From positions 67,084,001 through 67,148,000 of the forward strand of contig NC_043003.1 of NCBI RefSeq assembly GCF_006345805.1: a stretch of DNA of 64,000 nt, read 5' to 3'. Shown here one piece after another: positions 11,871-25,166 of this stretch. The position numbers were made by a program, and so were the translations under genes. The notes under the pieces were generated by a model. The model saw only the letters and a program-made list of their open reading frames with translations. It made no database searches and was not told the origin of the DNA. Every line of letters starts with the position of its first letter. Position 1 is the first letter of the stretch. The stretch is from Octopus sinensis (taxonomy: Eukaryota).

Positions 11871-13090
11871 ATTAACTATAATGCCTGTATTGATATTACT
11901 CAAATTAGAATATTACTTGTAAATTTTAATCTTCAGTACGTAAAAGCAAATAACAAAGACCAACGCCCCCCACCAAAAAAAAAAAACAAAAAACAAACAA
12001 ACACGCAAGTAATATATAAACATATCATGCTAAAACCTGAAGGAGCCATCATCGAAGAAAGCCGAAGATTTTGACAAGAGTTAGGTAAATAGATGAGTTA
12101 GGCAAGCAGAATTCCGCACAGTCTCAATAGCAATAGATGTAGAAGAATTTGGAAGAGGTGTATAAATACTGCGTGAATTACTAGGAAGAAAAATATCTCA
12201 TATCAAGAAATGGAGCACCTGAACAACTCTTGAAGGAAATTACAATACCAAAAGTAATAAATAGAAAAAGAAAGATAAAAGAAAGTTAATTCTAAATCAG
12301 GAAAAGAACAGGAAATCAGGAAGTGGTATGTTTGAAAACATCTGGTTGAGATCTTTTTCGGGTAATTCTAGTTAACAATGCCTAAATGATTTAAAAGTGG
12401 GAAGCCATGTTATAAACAAAGATGACAGAAAACGTTAACCCTAGTATTTACAACCACATAAACTCTCTGCTTACATATTACTATGCACCTAACTTCAGCT
12501 ATTTCGCAGAACCTAAATGCTGATCGGGTAAAGAAAACCCACATTAGCCGACAAAAACTGGATTGTCTAAACCCTGTTCTGTTTGCAAAGAGCGATTAAT
12601 GACCAAAGAAATTTTAACCAAAACTTGACGTAGAAAGCGAAAAACTTTGAGGATACCTTGACTTAATTGCCAATGTTATTTCGATAGAGTTTGTTGTCTA
12701 AAGTTGCTTGAAACAGTTGCAACGAACGCAGGAGAACCATTGGAGAGCAAACATATCAAGCGCTCTTTATATGCAACAGATTCGTTATTAGGTTAAATTA
12801 GCCCTCTGCATATCATATTTAATGTAAACAGAACACAGGAATCAAGTCATACAAACCGAAGTATTCTTCCGGAGATAATATCTCTTATGGACGACCAATT
12901 ATAAGTAATACAAAGCATATCACATCAATAACATACGAAAATCCTCCAGCAGCGGTGGTGGGAATGCCAGGTCCACATTTCAGCCTTTTGAGGCATCGTC
13001 AGCAGAGAGCACCAGGTAGTAATCGAAATTTCAAGAATAAATCCGTTATTACCAATATCGGTAAACGATGATTGAATAACTTAAGGATAA

Positions 13091-13291
13091 TACAGTTCTA
13101 TATTTAAGAGATGAGGAATTATGTACATTATGTACATTATTTACTTTATTTATATTTGACGGATAATTGTCCTCATCTTGTTTGTTGATAACACAACATT
13201 TCGGTTGATATACCCTCCAGCTTTCATCAGGTGTCTTGGGGAAATTTCGAACCTGGGTTCTCATTCCTAAGGTATTTTTCGATGTTGTTAT

Positions 13292-13327
<36 letters not shown>

Positions 13328-13331
13328 AACC

Positions 13332-13411
<80 letters not shown>

Positions 13412-13574
13412 CATCATCATCATCATTATTATTATTATTATTATCATTATTATTATTATTGTTGTTGTTGTTGCTGCTGTTGTTGTTGTTCAGGTTACTG
13501 CTTGGAATCGAACTCAGAATCTTGGGGTTAGTAGCCCGCGTTCTTAACCACTGCGCCATATGCCCGTGGGCATA
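13091..13574 (-). mobile_element. H-SINE copy 2 (most complete) with expanded (AAC/AAT/AGT)n core
   Basis: Same head, core and tail as copy 1, extending to the 3' end CTCTTAAATATAGAACTGTA. An imperfect 12-bp flanking repeat AATAAC(T/C)-type lies at 13075-13086 (AATAACTTAAGG) and 13580-13591 (AATAACTCAAGG). Confidence 0.9.
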
Positions 13575-14449
13575 ATGTAAATAACTCAAGGCTGTTGCAA
13601 ATAAAAATGCTGTAGTTAATTTGGCATCAAGTGTGAGACAAATATTGCTAAAATGCCAAGTATGTCATGCGTCAGAGGCAAACAGAAACAGACAAAAGAG
13701 AGAATGATTAAAATGAGATGTATCCCAATAGCGGGAGGAATCTTATAAAGAAACTCTTTCTTTCCGTTCCACTTGTGCTTTGCGTCGAACTCCGATATTA
13801 ATGCTATAGGAGGTTCATGTAAAATCTGAGGAATATGTAAACTGCAGATTAAAAGCAACTGAATATATTGTTAAATAGAGTATATAGGGTACACGGATTC
13901 AACAATGAAATAGACATAAAATTTGGGTTGGAATAATGTGCAAGATCTACTTTCAAGAGAAAATTAATAACAGTTGTTAATACCCCGTTAGATATGGAAA
14001 CAGCTGAAGAGTATTCGACAAAGCATAGACATAAAAGCAATTAGAAATTTATGTACAGAAGCAGGAGAAAAGATAAAATGGTAAGAAAAATTTAGCGATA
14101 TTAATGACACATTACTTAAAACGAAGGCAATAAACACTTATATTCCAGCTGTTCTTGTAATAAGTTAATAATATCGTTATAATATACTGAACTAGAAGGG
14201 AAGTTAAATGAATACGACTAGACAGGAAGGCAAGACAAATGACTGCATTTAGACAACGACATACCCAAACCGTTGACTGATAAAAGGAAAGTTATAAAAT
14301 TCGCTGCGTAGTATGCAGAAAATGAAACTAGAACTATATATCAGAATTTCGGAAAACCAACAAACATAAAGAAAAGTTTTTGAGATAATAAAGAACATTC
14401 TAAGACAGAATATTTTAGAACGATGGTTACGCAACACAGCTTTTAACTT

Positions 14450-14820
14450 TTCTCTTTTATTCGTTTCAGTTATTAGTCTGTGGCCAAGCTGGGGCACTCT
14501 TTGAAAAATGTTTAGTCGAAAGAATGAACTGCAGTTCATTTTCCTTTTTTTAAAACATGGTATTTATTCTATTAATTGCTTTTGCCAAGCCGCTACGTTA
14601 CGGGCATTGTTATCAAGTGGTGCTGGAGGACATACGCACAAACACACACACACACATATATATGCATATCGGGCTTCTTTCAGTTTTCGTTTACCAAATC
14701 CACTGACAAGACTTTGGTCGGCCCGAGGCTATAGTTGAAGACATTTGCCCAAGCTGCCATTCAGTGGGACTGAACGCGTAATTATGTGGTTTGCAAGAAA
14801 ATTCTTACCACATAGCCACA
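14450..14820 (-). mobile_element. SINE family B, internally deleted
   Basis: GGGCTTCTTTCAGTTTTCGTTTACCAAATCCACTGACAAGACTTTGGTCGGCCCGAGGCTATAG. Confidence 0.8.
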
Positions 14821-14982
14821 AACGTCTATAAAAATAAATCCAATGAAAAACAGGTCTTGAAAATACATTTTTGTCAAATAAACTGCATGCTCAATATGTT
14901 ACAAGACAGGGTAAAAAGGTGGATTCTAAAAGTAGAATTGGTTTTGATGTAAGGCACAACGAGAAGACCAATAAAGACCAAT

Positions 14983-15420
14983 TCTTTTATTCTTTTATTC
15001 TTTTACTTGTGACAGTCATTTGACTGCAGCCATGCTGGAGCACCGACGTAAAGGGTTTTACTCGGAGAAATCGACTCCAGGGATGTATTCTTTTGTAAGC
15101 CTATCTGTCATTTACGAACCTCTAAGTTACAGGACATAAACACACCAACATCGATTGTCAAGCGACGGCGAGAGGACATACATAGACACAAAGACACACA
15201 CACACACACATAAATACACACGTGCGCGCGCACACACGCACATACACGCACATATATACGACGGGTTTCTTTCAGTTTCTGTCTACCAAATATACTCACA
15301 AGGGTCTGGTTGGCCGGAGGCTATAGCAAAAGACACTTGCCGAAGGTGCCACACAGTGGTACTGAACCCGGAACAATATGGTTGGGAAGCAAGCTTCTTA
15401 TCACAGAGCCACACTTGCAC
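14983..15420 (-). mobile_element. SINE family B, full length
   Basis: Full reverse-complement match to 55505-55922, including the internal (CA)n. Confidence 0.85.
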
Positions 15421-15582
15421 CAACGGAGATTATCCAATCACCAATGGAGATTTTATTTTTATCGTGGCACATAATATTTAAATAAATTAAATTATTGTTC
15501 CTCTTACGACGAAATGCTCAGTGAACTTTAACCTTATTCGTCTCGCACATTTTTCTATCAAAAGGAAATGAATTTTGAAGAA

Positions 15583-15935
15583 CAAGAGCACTCAGAGAGC
15601 GCAAACGTCCGTCAAGGCAACACCAACATCCTCTCAACGATTAGCCGGAGAGGATTTTTAGAATGAAAATATCTGAAATAAACTTGACTGCTCTCACAAA
15701 CGAGAATACTAAGAATGAACTCAAAAATTTAGCGTAAAAACTGGAAAAATAATCCAGAATCCTTGCTCGGTACCGGATCGACCCAAAAATCTAATTAGTT
15801 TGCGCCAGTCACGAAGCCAAACAACTCTGAAAGTTTCACCCGATTCCATCCAGCGGTTCTTGAGATATCTTGTCCACGGAAAAACAAACAAACACGATGG
15901 TAAACAATACCTCCGCCTTAGCGAAGGCAGAGTTA
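15583..15935 (+). mobile_element. Helentron/HINE-like non-autonomous element
   Basis: Starts AACAAGAGCACTCAGAGAGCGCAAAC and ends AAACAATACCTCCGCCTTAGCGAAGGCAGAG (terminal hairpin CTCCGCCTT...AAGGCAGAG) before TT. It has an internal TTTCACCCGATTCCATCCAGCGGTTCTTGAGATAT block typical of such elements. Confidence 0.55.
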
Positions 15936-15989
15936 ATAATCCGAATAATACAATCCAGCATATTTACATGAATTCTATATTTTACATAG

Positions 15990-16170
15990 GTTCCAAATTT
16001 TAGAAGAAGGCCACGAAGATGCGGGGGTGTGGGTAAGTCGATTACAACGACCTCAGTATTCAGCTGGTACTTACTTTATCGACTCCGGAAGGATGAAAGG
16101 CAATGTCAACTTTCGGTAAAGACGGACGAAATGCTACATTGCATTTTGTCCGGCATGCTAATGAATCTTG
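15990..16170 (-). mobile_element. SINE family A
   Basis: AAGTCGATTACA...CTGGTACTTACTTTATCGACTCCGGAAGGATGAAAGGCAA. Confidence 0.7.
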
Positions 16171-19100
16171 AAGCTTACTGCCTTAATTCTGTTTTTAATA
16201 CTGATTGAAATTATGAAAGTTACTTCGAAAAAAAAAAGGGACAAGGATTGTATATTGATGCCGTTGTATAGAATTAAAAGTAAGAAATTATTCAGGTCCA
16301 GAAAGAAGCGATGCAATAGCAAGTATTACGGAAATTCTATCATGCTTTTATAGAAAACGTACATTTTGTTAGGCCAACATACCAAGTTCTATTTACAAAC
16401 TCGTACACACACATTTTCAGGAGCGGGGAGTGAGTGAGTGAGTAAGAAAGAGAGAGACAGACAGACAGACAGAGACAAACAGACAGACAAACAGGCAAAA
16501 GGAGAGTGAGTGGCTAGTTCTTTTTGAAAGCTTTGCAAAAGCATCAGCTGCAACGAAGTCGATTATATTTTCTCGTGTCACAAATAAGAGAAATGTTTAG
16601 AATATGAAACTGAAAATTTAAGTTGAAAATCTAACAACAATAACCACAGCAGCAACAACAACAACTGCAAAAACAACAACTACTATTACTGCTATTAGTC
16701 CCACAACTTCTTTTATATGTATATACAAATATATGCATATTTACGGATGTGAATATGTATGTATATACGTATGTATGCATAATAAATATAGTAACAAATA
16801 GGCGTAATAAAAATCAACTCAGACATAGAAACCATAAAGCTAACACCTAGATGATGTTTTCTCTGAATTTCAGCAATTTCAAATATGGAAATCGACTAAA
16901 AATATTCCTCAACTATCGAAGAACTCCGACAGAGAGCTGGGGAAATATCCATAAGCATCAATGTGTATTTGTTAATCACCAATAGCTATGGCAGATATAA
17001 CATTAAAATGTTCAACTTGTTCTACCTTAGAAAACATTTTGAAGCTCATACATAAATATAAATATAACAAAGAAATTCGTTCTTGTTACGTCTCTATCAC
17101 TCTTAATCCAGTATAGTTTTCACTAATCATATACATAAGTGTTTCACTAAAACTTACAATGTGTCAATCTGTATATGAAACTATTTGTTTACATACGCGT
17201 GTTGAAACACGCGTATGTACACATAAGCAAATAGTATCTGTTTCTATATGAAGATATCTTTTCACCACACATTTATGGTTTTTCGTTATTCAATATAAAG
17301 CAAAAACAAAAACATTAACCATAGACACACATACACATCAAGTAGACTCATACGTAAATGCATAAATTAAAACGTTCACGCCTGTGATTCCTCATATACA
17401 TGTATATACATCAAAGGCTCTACATGTTTTAACCAAGCGTTTCTAGATATGATAATCATCGATGTTTGGAAATCGAAAATACTAACTTAATAGTTTCCTA
17501 GTAACTATCAAAGAAAATACTAAAACTTCAGACTTGGCTACGTATCAAAAATGCTCTTTCGGTAGCTTGTTTTTGAAATGATCACACATGCTCTGTGATT
17601 ATTAAATTATTTAAAAAATTCATTAATATTTTTGCAAGCCAACTTCACAGCAAAGTAAGGAAAAATATGTCGCTAATGTTATTTTCTCATATCTCACGTA
17701 AATATAATACGCCATATCTAAGGAATTTGGTAGCATCTCTCCTAAAAAGAAAAAAAAAAAAGGCGCCGCAACCGATTTATAATTTAATTAATAATTCCTC
17801 CTAACTCCAAGCCACATTACAAAGTTTTTTTCCTTCGTAATATATTTTATATCTAATGGTTTTTTTGAAAATGAGTAATTCAAGATCAAACATTCTACGT
17901 ATACTTATAAAATACTTTCCAGACACTTTTTTCTTTAAATTTCATATAAATCTGTTTTCATTCTTTTCTTTCCTAGGATCACCAGCGTTTAAGTAATGTT
18001 GCCCTTGCGAGTCGTAATATATTTCTTGAATTTCAAAAACTTTTTGCTTGCTATAAAACCACGTATTCGACTAGCAAGTGTATCAACACATACTGTCTCC
18101 ACCTTGGTGAAGGCGTGGCTGTGTGATAAAGAGCTTGCATCCCAACCACATTATTTCGAGTTCAATCCCACTGCGCAGCACCTTTGTCAAGTGTTATTTA
18201 CTGTTAATGCAGGAGCCAGTCCTGATTTGATTAGACTCGAAGCTCCAAAATTCTAGCAGGGCACAATATGTGTACAAATGGTCCTAATACCATGAAACGT
18301 GATTCTTAAGTAGGCTTAGGTATGAATTAATTGATTATGAGATAATCAACTTGCGTAAATAACTAATTTGATTAGAAAAGAATCAAGCATCAAGGCTTTG
18401 GTCGATCCGAGGCTACAGATGTAGACAGCTGCCCAAGTTGCCGCGCAGTGGGAATGAACCCGGAACCATGTAGTAGGGACACATACTCCTTACCACACAG
18501 TGCTTATCGTAAATGATATCGTACACCTGCGCCTATCGTAAATGATACTGACTTTTCGAATTTCGAAGCAAAGACATAAGCTGTTATAACTATACATATG
18601 TTGACGGTGAATAGAATTCTTTATACGAAATCGATGTACTATTTTTTAAATCATCACGCAAATCAACACTTTGCCATTTAGTACAATAATCCGCCAATCA
18701 CTCGATGTGATGAGATACTGCGATTGTCATTCACTAAGAAGTGCGGGTTGATTGGTAGAAACTCAGTAATTTTTATCTTCAATATTTCATCGATATTATA
18801 CTTTTGAAAATCCAAAAGCATTTTTGCTACATGGTGTAAATGAGTTTTAAGGAATGAAACCTAATTAACAGTCATTACTGCCTGAAATTATTCAGATCGA
18901 ATTGTTGCAACGACTATTCGCTGTTATGACGGTCTCAGTAATATTACCTGATGGACTCGTAAGAAATCTTCAATACCTGCGTTTCGAATTGTAGACCTTT
19001 ATGAAATTTATATCACATTCCGTTCTACAAATAAGAGTGATAAAAGTGAAACTCAAGGTCTTGATTTGTTATTTAAAAGAAATTTTCTGTTATGTTATTG

Positions 19101-19452
19101 ATTTTGCTCCATTGGTATTTTTTTTAGAAATATAGCACTCGAACACACAGGCGTCGTGACAAGCAAACGGCATTTTAAAGTACGTAACATCGATCGTTGT
19201 TGAATGATATGAAAGTTATTAAATGATGAGGATTTTAAAATTAGAAAATATGAACTCAATAACAGGGCTGTGAAAATGAAAACAAAATTTGTTCTTACAT
19301 TGCTTAAGGTGTGAGAAGGGTAAAATTTGGAATGAAAACGTTGGCGTTTAAAATGACCGATGTACACTGCTAAATGAATAATAGAGATTGATTTATTTGG
19401 GTTTCGTCATATACTGAAACCTCATTAGAATAAAAAGAACATTTGTACTTAC

Positions 19453-19553
19453 AATAATCGATGTAGGACATAAATATTTCCATGATATTTTCCAGTAGAG
19501 GTTTGGTGCTTTACCAAGCATCATCTTGATATCATCAGAAAAATTTTCAAAAC
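19453..19553 (-). CDS. SLC6 exon (TM11): (G)FENFSDDIKMMLGKAPNLYWKISWKYLCPTSII
   Basis: ctaatag|GTTTTGAAAAT...TCGATTATT|gtaagt. The AG is the first one after a T-rich tract about 30 nt upstream. 101 nt, phase 1 in and phase 0 out. Matches the FxxDIxxMxGxxP..W..W...P pattern. Confidence 0.93.
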
Positions 19554-19967
19554 CTATTAGGTTTCATGATTTCATGAAAAAGCACAAAAAAGAAAAAAAA
19601 AAAAAAGAAAGAAAGAAAGAAAGAAAAATTATTATTGGAAACATTGAAAGAAAATCAATATGCAATTAATTGTTAATATATTCTATATTCCGTTCTAGTA
19701 AATATTTGGCTTCGATGTTGATTTTAAATCGTGAGTTAGAAAAATATATTGTGCTTTGTTAGCGTTGTGTTGTCCATTTATTAAAAGTATCGTTTATTGC
19801 TTCCACTGTGTATGTAAATACATTGGCATGTATATACATGCCTGCGATTCTATGGTTATAGATATGTATGTATGAATGCAGGCGTGTATGTATGTAAGCA
19901 TATATGTATGTATATATGTATGCATATATAAATTCATGTTCAAGTGTATGCATACGCAAACACACAC

Positions 19968-20050
<83 letters not shown>

Positions 20051-20174
20051 GAGAGACAGAGGGATACATTGATAGAGATAGATAGATTGATAGCTAGATA
20101 GATAGGTAGATAAACAAATCCGTATATGCATCATGGTCACTATATATATATCTATGTGTGTGTGTGTGTGTGTG

Positions 20175-20226
<52 letters not shown>

Positions 20227-20256
20227 TGTATATGTATGTGTATATATATATATATG

Positions 20257-20310
<54 letters not shown>

Positions 20311-20311
20311 T

Positions 20312-20572
20312 GGGGTTCGAAAAGTCTCTCAGCAGTAAGTATTTTATTGCAAAATAAATATTTACAAGATGGTAAAAGACTGCAAAAGAATATATTAGAC
20401 TTTATACGATTTAAAAAAAAGAAAAAAAAAGAGATGCTGAAAGTGTCGTCCTTCATTCTAAATACATAAGTTGACTCTTCTACACGTTTTCAAATACATG
20501 TAGAAGAGTCTGACTTCTGGAAAATTAGGATGAAGAATAATCACTGCGGAGAGACTTTTCGAACACACTGTA
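20312..20572. mobile_element. Tc1/mariner-like MITE
   Basis: Inverted termini GTTCGAAAAGTCTCTCAGCAGT and ACTGCGGAGAGACTTTTCGAAC(ACACTGTA), embedded in TA/CA microsatellites. Confidence 0.6.
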
Positions 20573-23116
20573 TGTATGTGTATACACACACACACACACA
20601 CACACACACTTATATATATATATATATATATATATATACAAGCAAAACGCCCCCCGTCCAATAGACGCTGCTGAATCATATCTGCTGAATAAAAAGCAAT
20701 CAGTGTTTTCTTTTCATTAAAAATAATTAAGCATGCCTTTCTTTCAATAAAATTTTGGGTTTTGTTAAACGAAGTTAAGGCAAAAAAAAATCCTTGAGAA
20801 ACCAAATAGTCTTTCCTTCCTTCATGCCAACTTTGAAGAGAATATCACTTTTGCATCTTTCCTTTTGCATTTTGTGGCATTATTTCAAGCCAGCCGGCTT
20901 TTCTTTTCCGCAAACTGCACGTGTGTTTTTCTCGTGTACGCGTAGTATCGATTGCAACAGCTGATGTACTTGCGCGTACAAATGCACGTTCCCGTGGCTT
21001 TATCGAACGCATTCTCACCTGGAATCGATTTTTGTAATTTTTTCAAGACTTATACACGTCCTTATACCGTTGGTATCTACATAACAAATTTGAGCGCAAT
21101 CGGATGTGTGTGTGTGTGTGTGTGTAAATCAAAACTAAAAGTAAACCAGAAAAAACAACAGAAGTCATTTAGACGTATACGTTAAGTATATTAGGTCTAT
21201 GTCCAGTGAGAGTTTTAGACGAAAATATAGGAGTGGAAATGACATTTCGAGCATGGCTCATCGTCGTTGGAACGAGAAAAAAGTCCAGAGAGGAAGGAAA
21301 GGACGAAGGAGTAGATGGCCTGGAGAGAAATACGTGCATCTTTCACATTCACTTGAGCTGTTGACGACTATGGAAGAAATCGAGGGAAAAAAAACTAGAC
21401 TTTATGCAAGGTTAACTTAAAGTTAGATTTGTCTCGGGTGTGAGATAGAGTATGAAGTATGTGAGGAAGTGAGTGGTGATATTAGATGTGCCTGGTGTTG
21501 TATTGTACCTAGAAAGAAATTTACCCCCTTTATAATGAATCGTCACAGATTACACTTTCCACCTTAATTTTGTCAGCATTTATCAAAGTGAGAAAATGGA
21601 TAACCAAAAGTTGTATTTTTAACACTATTCAGTCCCTGCAAGGCAGCCATGTTGTGATATAGTCTTAGAGAGTTTAGTCAAACAAAGTTCCCTCCTATGC
21701 TTTCCTTTAGGTTGGTAATTATTCAATCGGTTTCTAAAGGCAGAGTCTCTAAGCTATTTACACGTAAACAAACAAGCAGCGGTTTTCAAGTGATGGTTTC
21801 AGCGAAGACAGACACAAACACATATACACATATAATTGAAAATAGTTTGATTCAGCCTCAGCCTGGCAAAGTCTGCACCTTCTGCTACAGTTGAAGTAAG
21901 GTTTACAACTGTCCAGCCCTCTCCACTTGATGTAATTTGTGGTGCTTTACTTCAACAACGATACATGCCTGTCCAGATTTGTGGTATTACGTCTATCCTG
22001 GACATGAAAGACATATGTTTGTTAAATCTGATTCTAAAAAGACCTTCTGTCACGCCCATATACTTCTGCATATTTGACTATTTACTAGAGTCCTTTGTCA
22101 TTACCCCTGCCTCACATACAATAGTCTCTGTGTTGCAGTGACCATTAAGGAGACATGTGATATTACATCAGCATGAGCATCCTACTTCTGTCTACGGTTG
22201 GGCTACCTTTGAGTAGTTTTTATGCAAGGAGCACAGCTAAAAGAAACTCTTATAGTGTATTTGTTAAATATTTTATAGAATCTATTCATGAGAGGAAGTA
22301 TTTATTCACTTAAATGAGAAAGATCTTACCTACTCAAGTTGTTATACTTAGTGAGGAAGGGAAATATGAAACAATACTATTCAGCATTTTAACCTGTGGG
22401 ATTATTTTCAAGCATGTAACTAATCTAATCTCTAAAACTGCTGGCAACCAGGGCCTCATTGTAGTACAGGGCAGCGATGTTGAAAATTTCTTTATTTGAA
22501 GACAGAGGGGAGAGTCTTTTGCCGGTCCCCTTCACTAGGTTGCTAAACACTATTGCTGGATGTCAGGAAGATGTGTTGATGAATGTCAACGATCCAACGG
22601 GCTTCCTCTACGTTTTCCTTCACCAAATTCACTTACAAATCATTGGTTGGTCCGTATCGATAGAAGACACTTGCCAAGATACTCCGTAGAGGAACTGAAC
22701 CCGATATCAGGTGGTTGTAAAGCGATTCTCTTTAACCATTCAGCCATTCCAGCGCCTGGATACAATAACAAGAAAATATATACAAAATGGTGTAAGGGAA
22801 CTGAAGCTAAACTAATTTCGTTTCTGTCATTCAGTGCTTAATAGTTTTGACATATCCGTGGAGACGAAATATATTTTAGACAAGCGATTTTAACAGCATA
22901 ACACTTAATGCACAAAGGGAAATGCAATACTTTTGAAATAGATTATTGCATATCTGATTGCGCCTTTTCCATTAGCTCATTTCAATATTGATGTGGAAAT
23001 ATAGTTTCTTGTAGGATAAGTGCTTTGATGTAAAAAATATTCATGATTGAATATATTTAGAGATAGAACAAGGTAGAAACGCTGCGTGAGAGAAAGGGAG
23101 GATAACATATATATAC

Positions 23117-23147
<31 letters not shown>

Positions 23148-23345
23148 ATATATATATATATATTATATATATATATATATAGTGATAGATAAGGATAGAG
23201 AGAGAAAAGAGTTAAAAAGGGCTATAATTAGTTTTAAATGTGAAGTGTCAGAAAAGAGATTTAAAACAAAATAATTTAATGATTAACTATATTTAAACTC
23301 ATACTCAAATGTTACATTCTTTTTAAAGCTCGTATATATATTATG

Positions 23346-23790
23346 TTTTATTCTTTTACTTGTTTTAGTCATTTGACAGCGCTCATGCTGGAGCACCGCC
23401 TTTTAGTCGAGCAAATTGACCGCAGGACTTACACTTTGTAAGTCTAGTACGTAATCTAACGTTCTCATTTTGCCGAATCGCTAAGTTATGGGTGCTACAA
23501 CACACCACCATCGGTTATAAAGCGATGTTGGGGAGGGGGAACAAACACAAACGCACAAACATATACACACACCTAAATATATACATACATACATATATAC
23601 ATACATACATTTATATATATATACATACAACAGGCTTCTTTCAGTTTCCGTCTACCAAATTCACTCACAAGTCTTTGGTCGGCCCAATGGTATAGAAGAA
23701 GATACATATCAAAGCTACCATGCAGTGGGACTGAACCCGGAACCTCGTGGTTGGTAAGCAAGGTACTTACCACACAGCCACCCCTGTGCA
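23346..23790 (-). mobile_element. SINE family B, full length
   Basis: Reverse-complement match to the family B consensus with internal (TACA)n. Confidence 0.85.
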
Positions 23791-23849
23791 TACACACACA
23801 CATACACGAGCACACACACACACGCTCTCTCTCACACACACACGTATAT

Positions 23850-24130
23850 ATATGTAAATTACAAAAATTGTTCAAGAACGCAAAACATCCAAGCAGCGAG
23901 GTGAAACAAAAAAGGGACAACAAAACATCAAGACAGGCGACTCAAGGAAAATGAGGAGGAAAAAACCCCCCAGAGAAATATTACACAAATACAAATAACA
24001 GAACATAACAACAGGTGTTTTTCGACTAAGGACGAATTGAATTAAGCTGGCGTGTGTGGAAGTAAAGCCTTACGGCAGGGACATAAGATTTAACAAGTAC
24101 ACGAAGGAATATAGATGTTACACGGACATT
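23850..24130 (-). mobile_element. (TA)n-associated interspersed repeat (family P3), related to 24440-24708 and 50965-51265
   Basis: The shared block CCAGCTTAAT.AATTC.TCCT.A.TCGAAA.ACACCTGTTGTTATGT.CTGTTATT occurs in reverse complement at 50965-51100. Confidence 0.6.
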
Positions 24131-24439
24131 AGTCCAACAAAGAAAGAAAGGTCAGATCTGGCCGAACACCGGTCACGGAGGACAGAAGAGAGAGAGGTAG
24201 AGGCAGAGGGATAGAAGAATTAAGGAGTGGGGAAAGAAAAATGAAAGAGACAGAGTGAAGTGAAAGCGAGCATGAAGAGAAGGCCAGGAAAGTGAGAGGC
24301 GGGGAACGAAAGAACGAAGTGTGGAATGAACGAAGTGTGAAAGGGCTGAAAGAAAGAAGGAAAGATGAAAGAATACAAAGAACAATAGTGTCGTATAATA
24401 TGTTGATATATATATATATACTTACATAAAGTGTATGTG

Positions 24440-24822
<383 letters not shown>

Positions 24823-24825
24823 AGT

Positions 24826-25166
24826 GAAGGCGCATGGCTCAGTTGTTAGAGTGATGAGCTTACGACCATGAAGTTGTGAGTTCGATTTCCGGAACGGGCT
24901 GCGTGTTGTGCTCTTGAGCAAGACACTTTATTTCACGTCGTGCCAGTCCACTCAGCTGTAGAAATGAGTTGAGACATCACTGGTGCCAAGCTGTATCGGC
25001 TTTTATCTTTATCCTGGATAACATCGGCGTCGTGGAGAGGGGAGGCTGGTATGCATGGGCAACTGCTGATCTTCAATAAATGACTTTGCCGGGACTTGTG
25101 CCTCGGAGAGTAACTTTGTAAGTGCAATCCCATGGTCATTCATGACAGAAAGGGGTCTCTTTACCC
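24826..25166 (+). mobile_element. tRNA-derived SINE family E (head 2 + tail Y)
   Basis: GAAGGCGCATGGCTCAGTTG..., GAGTTCGATTTCC, CORE-like GTGCTCTTGAGCAAGACACTT. Homologous to 45500-45833. Confidence 0.85.

Noticed and set aside
12030-12800. Possible degraded LINE reverse-transcriptase remnant (also 6240-6700, 13600-14400)
   Set aside because: Only faint motif resemblance with many stops; not supportable without a profile search.
17190-17219. Perfect 13-bp-stem hairpin TACATACGCGTGT-TGAA-ACACGCGTATGTA
   Set aside because: Isolated and built from alternating purine-pyrimidine low-complexity sequence, so it is expected by chance here.
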